DNA of 41,067 nucleotides, from IMG/VR virus record IMGVR_UViG_3300037308_000832, positions 1-41,067 of that record, one strand, 5' to 3'. How positions within the stretch are numbered: position 1 is the first letter of the stretch; each line of letters opens with the position of its first letter. Below the pieces are notes generated by a model. The model had not been told where the DNA came from, ran no database searches, and saw only the letters and a program-made list of their open reading frames with translations. Both the position numbers and the translations under genes were made by a program. Positions 25,990 through 36,305 of the stretch are shown piece after piece. This DNA is from a virus. Lineage: Duplodnaviria; Caudoviricetes.

Positions 25990-27072
25990 ATGCCGACTCT
26001 TCGGCAGCGTATCCTCAAAAGTCCCCGGCTCGGTCTTCTGCCGCAAAAAGAAGACAGCCGCGACCTGACCGTCGGTTTGTTTTGGGCGGGCGCGTATACC
26101 CCGCAGCACGCCGAACTTCGCTTGAAACCAGTGACGGTCAAGGACCAGTACTGCAATACCTGCGGATGGAATTCTTCCACCGGCATGAAAGAGATCGACG
26201 AGGGGGAGGAATTGGACGAGCGCGGCGCGGTGATGTTCGGCCGTGAACTCGGCTATATTTCCGGGGACGGGTTTTCGACTCTCCGCAACAACCAGAAAGT
26301 CATCCAGAAGTGCGGTATCCCTCCGGCCGGTCTGCTATCGAAAAGCCGTTCAAGCTGGGACGACTACTCCGATCCGAAGCATTTGACCGCCCGTATCAGA
26401 GAGGAAGCGGCCAAGCGGCGGAGCAAGTCGTACGTGTCGGTCACGTCGATCGATGACGTGTACCGCGCCCTCGACAACGGCCGGCCGGTCCAGATCGGTA
26501 TCGACTGGTACACCGGCTGGAATGCGAGCAGCGGTTTTCAACTGCCGTGGATCGTCCACAAGATCATCGGCTGGCTGGTCGGAGGCCATGCGCTTTATAT
26601 TTACGGCTACGATCAGAATTACAGGGGCCAGAAGGTGTTCGTAGTCCGCAATTCGTTCGGCAGAGACTACGGCGACGGCGGCGATTTCTATATCACTGAA
26701 GGCATGCTCGCGCCGAATATCGGCAAGTACGGCGCCTTCATCAATTACGACCTGGACGTGGACATCCTGCGCTGGCTGGAGATCCACCAGGGCAACGTGG
26801 TGAAAGGGGACCAGAAGCCGGAGGTGTATCTCATCCAAGGCGACAGGAAACGCCACTATCCGGACGCGCCAACCCTCTACGCCCACGGGAAGCTGGACAG
26901 CGACATCGTGATCGTGGCGCAGGACATACTGGACCGGGTGCAGGAGGGGACGGTGATCGATTTTTGGGATGGCGGCAACGTGCAGCAGATAAAGCTGATG
27001 GCGCAGAAACTGAAGGCGAAAGACGGGAACCTGCTCGAAGCGCTCAAGAAATACTTCACTGAACTTTTCTGA
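25990..27072 (+). CDS. Papain-like C1 cysteine peptidase, candidate endolysin, with C-terminal repeat domain
   Basis: KDQ..TCGWNS, GGHA and RNSFG..YG..G.F catalytic triad; C-terminal PEVYLIQGDRKRHYPD module. Confidence 0.82.
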   Translation: MPTLRQRILKSPRLGLLPQKEDSRDLTVGLFWAGAYTPQHAELRLKPVTVKDQYCNTCGWNSSTGMKEIDEGEELDERGAVMFGRELGYISGDGFSTLRNNQKVIQKCGIPPAGLLSKSRSSWDDYSDPKHLTARIREEAAKRRSKSYVSVTSIDDVYRALDNGRPVQIGIDWYTGWNASSGFQLPWIVHKIIGWLVGGHALYIYGYDQNYRGQKVFVVRNSFGRDYGDGGDFYITEGMLAPNIGKYGAFINYDLDVDILRWLEIHQGNVVKGDQKPEVYLIQGDRKRHYPDAPTLYAHGKLDSDIVIVAQDILDRVQEGTVIDFWDGGNVQQIKLMAQKLKAKDGNLLEALKKYFTELF

Positions 27073-27073
27073 T

Positions 27074-28432
27074 ATGGCGAAGGAACCGATAGTCATAAAC
27101 AACTTTCAAAAAGGGATGGCGCCATCGTCTTTCCTTGGGTTTGAAGAATTACGGGGCCTCAATATCACCGACAAGCTTGGGGTGGCGTTCCCGAATTACG
27201 CGTACGCCAAGGAATCGAACGGACCGACCGCCAGCGCCACCCTGTCGATGGCGTATGCGACCACCAAAACCTACCTGTTGTGCGATAACGACAAGATCTA
27301 CAAGCGCACCGGCGACAATACGTATTCCGAATTGAGCGCACACTCGGCTACCGGCTTGAACACGCTTGTCCGGTGGAAGGGCTACGTTGCCGCGATCGCC
27401 GGCAACACTATCGATTGGTACCTCATTTCCGACGATTCCTGCGATACCAGTTGGGGGAACGTGCTGTCTTCCGGAGGGGACAAGACCGCCTACCACGCCT
27501 CTGACGACTGCTTATATATCGCCTCGGGCCGGTACATCGATAAGATCGCCGAAAACAGCGGGCAGACATTCGCCCCCGGCACCCCCGCCACATTCACCGT
27601 CACAGCCAACGCCCTTGACCTGCCGCACGACGCGTCCACCTCTACCATCATCGGCCAAATAGGAGATTATCTTGTTATTATAGCGGACAAGAAGATATAC
27701 CGCTGGGACATGACGTCCGCATCGTTCGAGATGCCCGTGACGGTCAACCGGTCCATCAACACCGCCTGCGTGTATAACAATCGGATTTATTTCCAGGCGG
27801 GACAGCGCGGGGAGTGGTACATCACCGACGGCACCTCTATCGCTCCAATTTCCCGCCTGCCGTATACGCTGGTGGCGGGATATATCACGGCCAAATTCGC
27901 CACGGTCTATAACGATTTGATCTACTTCGGCTTATCTACCGGTGCCACCAAAAACGGGATATTTTCCCTTAATCCGAATACGAACGCCATAAACTTCGAG
28001 TATGTTCTTTCACCAGGGGAGGGGATGGATACGATAAATTCCATTTGCGGATTGGGAGAGTCTGACAATACGCTCCTGGTCGGGTGGAACGAAGGGTCTA
28101 CCTACGGCGTCGACGCCCGGTCCACTTCCCGCTATTCCTCCGATGCCGCGTTCCTGGTCTCGCAGTTCTACCGGGTCGGGACCGCTTACAGCAAGCGGGC
28201 TTTCCAGGAAGTGGATATCCAACTGTCCAAGCCGATGGCGTCCGGGGACGGCGTGAGTGTATGGTATCGCACCGCCCAGAATGCTTCCTGGACCTCCGTC
28301 GGCACGATGACCTACGCCGCTGACGGGGCGATCCAGTCGAAGGTATTGCCCTTCGGCATATCGGTCGAGAGCGTCCAGTTCAAGGTATCGCTGAACGATG
28401 AGGCGGAACTGATCGACGTAACCATCCGGTAG
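27074..28432 (+). CDS. Tail nozzle/DNA-stabilisation protein (P22 gp10 / T7 gp12-like beta-propeller)
   Basis: 452 aa beta-rich protein with I.NF..G N-terminus and K.F..V C-terminal domain. Confidence 0.65.
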   Translation: MAKEPIVINNFQKGMAPSSFLGFEELRGLNITDKLGVAFPNYAYAKESNGPTASATLSMAYATTKTYLLCDNDKIYKRTGDNTYSELSAHSATGLNTLVRWKGYVAAIAGNTIDWYLISDDSCDTSWGNVLSSGGDKTAYHASDDCLYIASGRYIDKIAENSGQTFAPGTPATFTVTANALDLPHDASTSTIIGQIGDYLVIIADKKIYRWDMTSASFEMPVTVNRSINTACVYNNRIYFQAGQRGEWYITDGTSIAPISRLPYTLVAGYITAKFATVYNDLIYFGLSTGATKNGIFSLNPNTNAINFEYVLSPGEGMDTINSICGLGESDNTLLVGWNEGSTYGVDARSTSRYSSDAAFLVSQFYRVGTAYSKRAFQEVDIQLSKPMASGDGVSVWYRTAQNASWTSVGTMTYAADGAIQSKVLPFGISVESVQFKVSLNDEAELIDVTIR

Positions 28433-28433
28433 T

Positions 28434-29015
28434 ATGGATGTCGAGTTTCACAACCACGACGGGTTGAATACCCCTAAGATATTACAAACGCACGTCCGGG
28501 GCGTGTACGCCGAGACGGATGTCGTTACCCTGACAGGCGACCAGACCGTGGCCGGGGTAAAGACATTTTCATCCATCCCTGTTTTACCCGCCTCTAATCC
28601 CACCACCGACAACCAAGCGGTGCGAAAGGCTTACGTCGATTCTCTGATTTCCGGCTACGAAGTGGTGCCGGGTTCGACCGTGCGCGATTCGGCCATAGCC
28701 GATATCAACGAGGATTTAGGGGGAACCTACGTCAAGGTCAAGGAGATAGAGTTCAACGAGGTGGATGGGATCATCACCACCTACATCGACCTGGAGCCCG
28801 TATCGGGGACGGTGTACGGCCGGGTCTATGTCAATGGTTCGGCGGTGGGGACGGAACGCTCCGTGGTGGCCCGCACCCAATACTCCGAGAACATCGCCGT
28901 GGAGACGGGCGACCTGGTGCAACTGTACGCCAAGGGGGACGTGCTCCGCGCCGCCCTGCAACTGAAGTACGACAAGGTGTTCACCGTCACGCCCGGAACC
29001 GTAAACGATGATTGA
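28434..29015 (+). CDS. Tail spike/fibre-like protein, paralogue A
   Basis: HNHDG..P; DQTVAGVKTFSSIPVLPASNPTTDNQAVRKAYVD. Confidence 0.7.
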   Translation: MDVEFHNHDGLNTPKILQTHVRGVYAETDVVTLTGDQTVAGVKTFSSIPVLPASNPTTDNQAVRKAYVDSLISGYEVVPGSTVRDSAIADINEDLGGTYVKVKEIEFNEVDGIITTYIDLEPVSGTVYGRVYVNGSAVGTERSVVARTQYSENIAVETGDLVQLYAKGDVLRAALQLKYDKVFTVTPGTVNDD

Positions 29016-29651
29016 ATGGAACCGCACACCCACAACGGCGTTGATTCGCCCATAGTAGACGCGGGCACTATCTCCGGCCTGTATACGGGCAGTACGGCGG
29101 TCCTGAAGACCACCGACCAAACCGTCGCCGGCGTGAAGACCTTTTCATCCATCCCCGTCCTGCCGGCGTCAAATCCCACGACCGATAACCAGCTGGTCCG
29201 CAAGGCATACGCCGACGCTCTGGACGTACCGGCTTACGACGTGGTGGCGACCGATGACGTGCTGCGGGACAGCGCCGACACCCTCGATACCACCACCAAC
29301 ACCGATCCGTTCAAGAAGAAGGATATCACGTATAACGGGCCGAACGGCTCGACCATCCGGGTCAAGTTCTATCTCCAATCCCTGAACGGCGACGAGAACG
29401 CCCACGGACGGATCTACAAGAACGGGGTTGCGGTAGGAACGGAACGGATCACGAAGACATACGGGAGCGACCCCGAACTGGACTGGGAGAAATACAGCGA
29501 AGACATCGACGTTGATAACGGCGATGAGGTGCAGCTCTACCTCTGGCGGACGAACGACGGACTGGGTGATACTGCCCGGTGCAAGAATTTCCGACTTTAT
29601 TATAAAACGACCATCACCGACATAACCGCAGGGACGGTTAATTTGGACTAA
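29016..29651 (+). CDS. Tail spike/fibre-like protein, paralogue B
   Basis: HTHNG..P; same DQTVAGVKTF..RKAY block; AVGTER motif shared with paralogue A. Confidence 0.7.
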   Translation: MEPHTHNGVDSPIVDAGTISGLYTGSTAVLKTTDQTVAGVKTFSSIPVLPASNPTTDNQLVRKAYADALDVPAYDVVATDDVLRDSADTLDTTTNTDPFKKKDITYNGPNGSTIRVKFYLQSLNGDENAHGRIYKNGVAVGTERITKTYGSDPELDWEKYSEDIDVDNGDEVQLYLWRTNDGLGDTARCKNFRLYYKTTITDITAGTVNLD

Positions 29652-29652
29652 T

Positions 29653-31764
29653 ATGCCACAATTTCGTGCAGAATCCGGTGTCCAGTACAAGAACGCGGCC
29701 ACCGGACAAACCGTTTCCTTCACTGCTGATCAGCTCAAAGACAACGCGACCGGGTGGTTGTCTTCCGGTTTCCAAAAAGTGGCCGCCCCCTCCGTCCCGG
29801 AACCCGCGCCGGTGCTGTCCACCAAAGACCTGACCGCCGCGCCCGCGCCGGCTGCGGTGCAGGAAGCGTCCAAGATGGGGACGTTCGTGTCTTACGACAA
29901 GCTGACCGGCAAGGTGGACGTGAAGTCTCGCACCGCCTCGGCGATCAGCGACTACGACCCGGAGACGCAGCTGCTCGAACAGCGCATCCCGAATCCGACC
30001 GAACTGCAATCGGGCCGGTGGGTCGTGACCAACAAGGTCGGTAAGGATTACTACGGCGTTTTGAAGCCGCAGGTGACACCCCCTCCGGCCCCTCCCGGAA
30101 CGCCAGGAAACACGGGCGCGCCGGCTGGTACGCCCGCTGGGGGTGCCACCACGCCCGCCGCGCAAGCCGCCACCATTTGGGAGCAGTACCAAGGCGGATT
30201 GGCTGGACCGAACCAGCAGCTTACGCAGGCGCAACAGACCGCCAACACCATCAAGGGCGAGCTGGACAAGATGCGCAACGAGACGGACTTCGGGAATCTC
30301 CTGGAGACCGCCGCCGCCGGGAAGATCAAGAAGGAGGCGCTGGGCCTCAAGGCCGATTACCAAAAGGGCGTCACGGACATCGAGAACAAGCCGATCCCGA
30401 TGACCGACATCAACAACCAGATCGCTCGCCTCTTGGAAGTGACCAACCGGGCGATCGGGGCGCTCGGCGACCAGCTGGAGGGGATGAACATCGACAAAGC
30501 CATCACGGACGCCACGAACGTCTACAAGTACAATTCCAAGCTCATCGAATACCAGGTGGCGCAAGGGAACGTGGCGGCGGCGCAATCAATGGTGCAACAG
30601 ACGGCCCAGGACTTCTGGCAGTTCCAGAACCTGCAAATCCAGCTTTTGGAGCGGCAGGACAAGATCGACGCGCAAACGGCGACCGCCCTGCAAAGTCAGG
30701 CGGAGATGGAACTCGGGCTGGCGACCAACGGCTACACGGAAATATCGGCGGCGGCCGCCGCGCAGTACGGACCGGACCGCAAGTGGACGAACCCCGTGAC
30801 CGGTAAGACCTACTTAAAACCAGACCCGAACGTATCGCCGGAGTTTGCCGGTAACATGATGGAAAAGTACCCGGATGCCGGAATCCTGCCGACCGACACG
30901 GTAACGGCGGTACAGGAGAAACTGCAGAAATCCAGGATATACCAACAGCAAACCAGACTGGCCGGTGGCGGTTCGGGCGGGTCTTCGGGTGGGTCTTCGG
31001 GTGGTGGGATCTACACGCCAGCGACCGGAAGCGGAGGGAATAAAGCGTCATCGGACGCGATCGCCGCTTCACTCAATTCAATCCTGCCGCGTCTTACCAG
31101 CCAGCAAGCGAAGGCCGCCACCGCTCAGGTCAACAGCCTCTTGCAATCCGGTGACATGGAAGGCGCGAAACAGGCTATCACCAGCCTGGCCATATCCTCC
31201 TTGCCTACGGAACAGCAAAACAAAGCGTTCGGCCGTTTTGCCGCCATCGATTCGCTTAACGATATAAAAGTGGCGCTTAACGAATATGCGCAAGCCGGAG
31301 GGAACACGGGCATTCTTACGGGAACGGACGAGGACATCTATCAAAAACTCGGCGCCACGACCGACCCGAACCTGGCGCAAATAGGGAATAAGATCACCAT
31401 GGCGCTCATCGCCTACAGAAACGCCGTATCCGGTGCCGCGTTCACGGAAAGCGAAGCGAAGGTATACAACAACCTATTCCCCAGCATCGGAAAAACGAAC
31501 ACGCTTAACCAGGCGAAGATCGATTCGCTCATTAGCACGTTCAACCTGAACAATAAGTCGGCGCTGTCGCTGGTCATTGGCAGCAATAACTACGATCAGC
31601 TGTACGGCGGTACGGTGTCGGCGCCAAGCGTGGCCGCAACGCCGGACGAGCAGTGGTCCACTATCGTCGGGAGTACGCAGAACAACACTCCCAGCACCCC
31701 TGAACAATCGAGCGGTGGATTCTTTAGCCGAGCGGCCGGGTGGATACTTAACCTTTTCAATTGA
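29653..31764 (+). CDS. Internal virion / DNA ejection protein
   Basis: 703 aa Ala/Gln-rich helical protein with SGAAFTESE motif; position after tail genes. Confidence 0.6.
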   Translation: MPQFRAESGVQYKNAATGQTVSFTADQLKDNATGWLSSGFQKVAAPSVPEPAPVLSTKDLTAAPAPAAVQEASKMGTFVSYDKLTGKVDVKSRTASAISDYDPETQLLEQRIPNPTELQSGRWVVTNKVGKDYYGVLKPQVTPPPAPPGTPGNTGAPAGTPAGGATTPAAQAATIWEQYQGGLAGPNQQLTQAQQTANTIKGELDKMRNETDFGNLLETAAAGKIKKEALGLKADYQKGVTDIENKPIPMTDINNQIARLLEVTNRAIGALGDQLEGMNIDKAITDATNVYKYNSKLIEYQVAQGNVAAAQSMVQQTAQDFWQFQNLQIQLLERQDKIDAQTATALQSQAEMELGLATNGYTEISAAAAAQYGPDRKWTNPVTGKTYLKPDPNVSPEFAGNMMEKYPDAGILPTDTVTAVQEKLQKSRIYQQQTRLAGGGSGGSSGGSSGGGIYTPATGSGGNKASSDAIAASLNSILPRLTSQQAKAATAQVNSLLQSGDMEGAKQAITSLAISSLPTEQQNKAFGRFAAIDSLNDIKVALNEYAQAGGNTGILTGTDEDIYQKLGATTDPNLAQIGNKITMALIAYRNAVSGAAFTESEAKVYNNLFPSIGKTNTLNQAKIDSLISTFNLNNKSALSLVIGSNNYDQLYGGTVSAPSVAATPDEQWSTIVGSTQNNTPSTPEQSSGGFFSRAAGWILNLFN

Positions 31765-31765
31765 T

Positions 31766-33256
31766 ATGGACACCCAAAAGATACAAGAGTTCGTCCAACT
31801 GCGGCGCAAGGCAGGTGACAACGATTCGCAGATCGCCGCCTTCCTGAAATCGAAGGGGGTGGAGCCGACCCCGGCCATGTTCGGTGCCGCCATGAAGACC
31901 GGTTTGAGCGGGGTGGCGCAGACGCTCGGAGAGTCGCTGGCGCTCAATTCAAAGGATTACCAAGGATTCCAGAAATCGTCGCAAGGATTGGGCGACATGA
32001 ACCTGAAGCTCCTTCAGACCATCCGAGCGAACAAGGCGGCGGGCAAAGACACCAGCCGCCTGGAGAAGCAGTACAAGATAAACACCGGCAACGAAGTGAA
32101 CATCGCCGACATCGCCCCGACCGTGAATAAAACGAATAAGGCGTTGGCCGGTGACCTCATCCAGACCGCCGGATACCTAGCCGCGCCGCTGAGCGCCGGC
32201 AGCGTGGCCGGCCGGGTGGCCATGGGAGCCGGTATGGGTGCGGTCGGCGGTGTCGGTGACGCGATGAGCAACGATAAGGACGGGCAAGACATCCTCGCTT
32301 CAAGTTTGCGCGGCGCCTCCATCGGCGCCATCATTAGCGGTACGCTGGAAGCGGTGGGGGCGGGATTGCGGGCAGTCGGAAAGAGCAATGTCGTGCAGAA
32401 CAAGACCGCCAATACATATCTTAAGGAATTACAACCGCCGAAGAAAGAGGTGGCCAATCAGATAGAAAGGACTCCGGTCGGGAAAGCGTTCAAAACCATC
32501 GGGGCGCAGATCCGCGATGAAGTGGATGAGGCGGGGAAGCCGCTCTATACCGGAACGTATCAAACTATCCTGGATAAGGCGAAAACGAATCTGGCCGCCA
32601 AAGGGAAAGCCTTGACGGAAACGCTGGCCCGGTACGACGACGCGGTCATCAACAAGAATGAGATCGCCGGGGACATCGTGGGCGAAATGCAGGACCGCAT
32701 GGGACGACTGAAGCCATCAGAGCTGAAAATCATCACCCAGGAGATAAACCGGATAACGGAAGGCCAGATCACGCCGACGCAGGCGTTGGAATACAAGCGC
32801 CTCTTCGACAGCAAGATACCCGATAGTTTTTGGACCGACACCGCCGACCGGACCCGCGCCATCGCGGTCCAGGCACGCTACATTCTCCGCGACAATCTGC
32901 GCAAACTGATCAACGAAAAGACGGGTGACGCCACCGTAAAGGCGCTCAATCATTCGATGGGACTGGCGATGGACGTCCGGCGCATGGCGGCGGTCCAGCT
33001 TGCCCAGCGGTCGCTGGAAAAAGTGGGCGAAGGTCCGGGCAGTCAAAGCCTGTTCCGGATGATTTACGGAAAGCTGATCGATGACACGATTTTCAATCCC
33101 GCCATCACCACGAACGCCGCTCAGGGACTTAGCAATATGGGACAAAAGACCGGTCAGACCGCCACCCGTGCGACGGCAAGGAACCTGACCATTCAACAGT
33201 CGTCTAAGGAAGGAGGCGTCAAAGATAAAGTGTTGAATCTCCTTCGCGACCTCTAA
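31766..33256 (+). CDS. Internal virion / DNA ejection protein
   Basis: Gly/Ala-rich GAGMGAVGG segments then a helical domain; ATG at 31766. Confidence 0.6.
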   Translation: MDTQKIQEFVQLRRKAGDNDSQIAAFLKSKGVEPTPAMFGAAMKTGLSGVAQTLGESLALNSKDYQGFQKSSQGLGDMNLKLLQTIRANKAAGKDTSRLEKQYKINTGNEVNIADIAPTVNKTNKALAGDLIQTAGYLAAPLSAGSVAGRVAMGAGMGAVGGVGDAMSNDKDGQDILASSLRGASIGAIISGTLEAVGAGLRAVGKSNVVQNKTANTYLKELQPPKKEVANQIERTPVGKAFKTIGAQIRDEVDEAGKPLYTGTYQTILDKAKTNLAAKGKALTETLARYDDAVINKNEIAGDIVGEMQDRMGRLKPSELKIITQEINRITEGQITPTQALEYKRLFDSKIPDSFWTDTADRTRAIAVQARYILRDNLRKLINEKTGDATVKALNHSMGLAMDVRRMAAVQLAQRSLEKVGEGPGSQSLFRMIYGKLIDDTIFNPAITTNAAQGLSNMGQKTGQTATRATARNLTIQQSSKEGGVKDKVLNLLRDL

Positions 33257-33257
33257 T

Positions 33258-33947
33258 ATGCGCGACATCATAAAACTTCTATCCGGCAAGTCAGAGGCGG
33301 AGAAAAAAAAGATACTCGAATCTTTGACCGAGGAAGAGGCGGCGGCTTTTTTAGATGAGTTGGAGTCCGACCCGGAAAACGTATTGAAACGCTCGGAACG
33401 CCTGACTTTCAAACGGATATTGGACGCCATCCAAGATTTAGTGACCGGCAACCAGACCGTAGTGGACCGGCTTGACCAGCTTGGCTCTAAAACGCCCCAG
33501 GAAGTAAAGGAAATCGCAGAACCGTCTTGGCTGCCTAAAATACTGAAAAACCTCACCACGGGGCTTGTAGCGGCTTTGAACGGCCTTTCCGTTCGGGTCG
33601 GCAATGAAGACAAGGAGCCTATCCCGGTCCGCTTGCTCGACAAGGACGGCAAACCGGCCGATTTCAAGCCGACCGTCAATTTCAGCGGCAATTCTGGGTC
33701 GCTTTTGGTGGTGGAAAAGTTAAGCGAAATAGACGCCAAACAAGACCCGCTATCAGCCTATCAAGTATCCGACAAGGACCTGGGCGGTGAAACCGAATAT
33801 CTGGGCTACGTGGACAAGGACGGCAATTGGTTCATCCAACAGATGACCACGACCGCCCATCGTTTCATAAAAGGAACTTCCGATTATACAACCAGTTGGA
33901 CCGGGAGGGCAGGGCTTACTTATGATTATTTCTATAACGTTTTTTAA
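33258..33947 (+). CDS. Hypothetical protein
   Basis: 229 aa; C-terminal YLGYVDKDGNWFI..W..RA.LTY module. Confidence 0.7.
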   Translation: MRDIIKLLSGKSEAEKKKILESLTEEEAAAFLDELESDPENVLKRSERLTFKRILDAIQDLVTGNQTVVDRLDQLGSKTPQEVKEIAEPSWLPKILKNLTTGLVAALNGLSVRVGNEDKEPIPVRLLDKDGKPADFKPTVNFSGNSGSLLVVEKLSEIDAKQDPLSAYQVSDKDLGGETEYLGYVDKDGNWFIQQMTTTAHRFIKGTSDYTTSWTGRAGLTYDYFYNVF

Positions 33948-33949
33948 AT

Positions 33950-35089
33950 ATGGCTTATCGGCCGAAAATCAAAGGGCTTGACTACTATGAGCCGGCCACC
34001 GGCGTCCAGGGACCCCAGGGCAATCAGGGGAACCAAGGAGATAATGGAGCAGCGGGGGCGCAGGGCAACCAAGGAAGCCAAGGCTCGGATGGGGCGCCCG
34101 GACCGCAGGGCGACGCCGGCCCCCAAGGCAACCAAGGACACCAGGGCCATCAAGGAAACGCAGGGGCAAAAGGCGACCAGGGTGATCGCGGCTATCAAGG
34201 CAACCAAGGCGACACCGGCGCCGATTCTACCGTCCCCGGTCCGCAGGGTAATCAAGGTCATCAGGGAAATAACGGCGCCCCCGGCCCGCAAGGAAATGAC
34301 GGAGCGCCTGGTCCACAGGGCAATGACGGTGCGGCCGGAGCGCAAGGAAATCAAGGCCACCAAGGAAACGTCGGCGCCGATTCAACGGTTCCCGGTCCTC
34401 AAGGCAACCAAGGACATCAAGGCACGCAAGGTTCCGCCGGTCCGAAAGGCGACCAGGGAGATGCCGGCGCTGCTGGAGCGCAAGGAAACCAGGGCTATCA
34501 AGGCGTAAAAGGCGATACGGGAAGCCAGGGCAATCAAGGAAACCAAGGCGACACCGGTAGTCCGGGCAGTCAAGGCAATCAAGGAAATCAAGGGACACCC
34601 GGCAGCCAAGGCAATCAGGGATACCAAGGAGCGCAGGGTGTGGCCGGTTCGGGCAAGGAGACCCTGTTCAGCGTCCAAGGCAATCAGGTAACGTGTTCCG
34701 CCCAGACCGTAACAAACATATTCGCGGACATAAGTGTTTCGACCTCAACGACCTACCACTATTACGCCGTCATCGGCATGCAGCCGGCGGCCGGCACCCA
34801 GGGTGTCCAAATGGGAGTCCAGTGCAGTGTTGCCGGGGCGACGGTCGAGGGCATCGTGGTCGGCCCGCAAACCACTGTCACCGTGAATTCATACCGACAA
34901 ACGGCCCAGGGCAACGGCACTTTGCCGACCCAAAGGGTGGCCGGCGCCCAATCCGTGATTCTTTCCGGTATAATCATCACTCCCGGTACCGGCTCGCCGA
35001 CCATCGGGGTGCAGGCGAAGGGCGTGCAGGCCTCGCAGGCGTGGTATGCCAAAGCCAACGCCCATTTGATGCTAATCAAAACTTCATGA
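33950..35089 (+). CDS. Collagen-like fibre protein
   Basis: Roughly 70 G-X-Y triplets (GNQ/GPQ/GHQ) followed by a beta-rich C-terminal head. Confidence 0.9.
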   Translation: MAYRPKIKGLDYYEPATGVQGPQGNQGNQGDNGAAGAQGNQGSQGSDGAPGPQGDAGPQGNQGHQGHQGNAGAKGDQGDRGYQGNQGDTGADSTVPGPQGNQGHQGNNGAPGPQGNDGAPGPQGNDGAAGAQGNQGHQGNVGADSTVPGPQGNQGHQGTQGSAGPKGDQGDAGAAGAQGNQGYQGVKGDTGSQGNQGNQGDTGSPGSQGNQGNQGTPGSQGNQGYQGAQGVAGSGKETLFSVQGNQVTCSAQTVTNIFADISVSTSTTYHYYAVIGMQPAAGTQGVQMGVQCSVAGATVEGIVVGPQTTVTVNSYRQTAQGNGTLPTQRVAGAQSVILSGIIITPGTGSPTIGVQAKGVQASQAWYAKANAHLMLIKTS

Positions 35090-36303
35090 TCTCTCTTTTC
35101 ACTCCGACTCACGAATCCTCTTTTCTTCCTGAAATATACAAATGCCTGAAGCGACAGACCTTCAAGGATTGGCAATGGGTCATCGTCTATAATAACGGCG
35201 GCAAGGAAATAGGCTTCAAGGATAAAAGGATCAAGGAAACAACGCTCCAGTACAGGACCAACGAATGGGTCGGCCCGATGAAACATTTGGCTTGTACCCA
35301 CTGCGATGGCGACATTCTATTGGAGATGGACCATGACGACCTGTTGACCGATGATGCCCTGGCAGAAGTGGACAAGGCATTCAGAGACAAAGCAGTGGGC
35401 TTCGTTTATTCAAACACGGTCCACGCCACGGCCGACTACAAGCCCGTAATGAGGTTCGATGAGCGGTACGGTTGGAAATACCGCAAGGTGAAATTCCGGG
35501 GGCACGAATTGGACGAGCACTTCTCCTTTCCGCCCCGGCCGGACAGTATCAGCAAGATATGGTTCGCCCCCAACCACTTGCGGGCATTTAGGCGGTCGGT
35601 CTACGAGCAAGTCGGCGGATACAATCCCGAGATGAGGATATTGGACGATCTGGACCTGATGTGCAAAATGTATCTGGTCACGAAATTCAAGCATATCAAT
35701 AAAGGATTGTACATTTACCGGGTGCATGGAAAGAACACTTGGCTCCGCTATAACCAGGAGATACAGGAAAACGTTTACCGCATCCACGACCGGTATATCG
35801 AGGATTTGGCCAGGCGCTGGTGCGTGATGAACAATTTAAGGATGGTCGAGCTGGGCGGGGGGATAGAGCCTTGCGAGGGCTTTGAAACGGTAGACCTCAA
35901 GGACGCCGACATCATCCTCGACCTGGACAATGACTGGGATTTCCCGGACAACAGCATCGGGATGGTCAAAGCCATCGATTTGTTCGAGCATTTGAAGGAC
36001 CCGATACATACGATGAAGGAGCTTTACCGGGTATTAGCGCCCGGAGGATGGGCCTTCATCAAGGTTCCCTCCACGGATGGCCGGGGCGCGTTCCAAGACC
36101 CGACCCATAAGTCATTCTGGAACGAAAATTCTTTCCACTACTATACAAAAGCGAAATTAGCCCGATATATCGGCACGCCGGTCAGATTCCAGGCCGCCCG
36201 GCTTTACACCACCGAGCCGAACGAAGATAAGGTTTGCTGGACAATCGCCCATTTGGTAAGTCTGAAAGATGGTTTTAGGCCGGCGGGGATGATAGAAATT
36301 TAA
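35086..36303 (+). CDS. Glycosyltransferase family 2 fused to a class I SAM methyltransferase domain
   Basis: ISLFTPT..QTFKDWQWVIV, EMDHDD, DDLDL; then ELGGG, LFEHL, ELYRVLAPGG, DPTH; ATGA overlap with the collagen gene. Confidence 0.88.
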   Translation: MISLFTPTHESSFLPEIYKCLKRQTFKDWQWVIVYNNGGKEIGFKDKRIKETTLQYRTNEWVGPMKHLACTHCDGDILLEMDHDDLLTDDALAEVDKAFRDKAVGFVYSNTVHATADYKPVMRFDERYGWKYRKVKFRGHELDEHFSFPPRPDSISKIWFAPNHLRAFRRSVYEQVGGYNPEMRILDDLDLMCKMYLVTKFKHINKGLYIYRVHGKNTWLRYNQEIQENVYRIHDRYIEDLARRWCVMNNLRMVELGGGIEPCEGFETVDLKDADIILDLDNDWDFPDNSIGMVKAIDLFEHLKDPIHTMKELYRVLAPGGWAFIKVPSTDGRGAFQDPTHKSFWNENSFHYYTKAKLARYIGTPVRFQAARLYTTEPNEDKVCWTIAHLVSLKDGFRPAGMIEI

Positions 36304-36305
36304 TT

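Noticed and set aside
28434-29651. Diversity-generating retroelement TR/VR pair
   Set aside because: Both repeats are coding and N-terminal, differences are mostly synonymous rather than adenine-specific, and no reverse transcriptase is present
33990-34690. CRISPR array or tandem DNA repeat
   Set aside because: Periodicity is explained by collagen G-X-Y codons; no constant repeat with unique spacers and no cas operon
34693-35085. N-terminal extension of the glycosyltransferase
   Set aside because: Overlaps the collagen gene out of frame; the GT2 domain begins at ATG 35086
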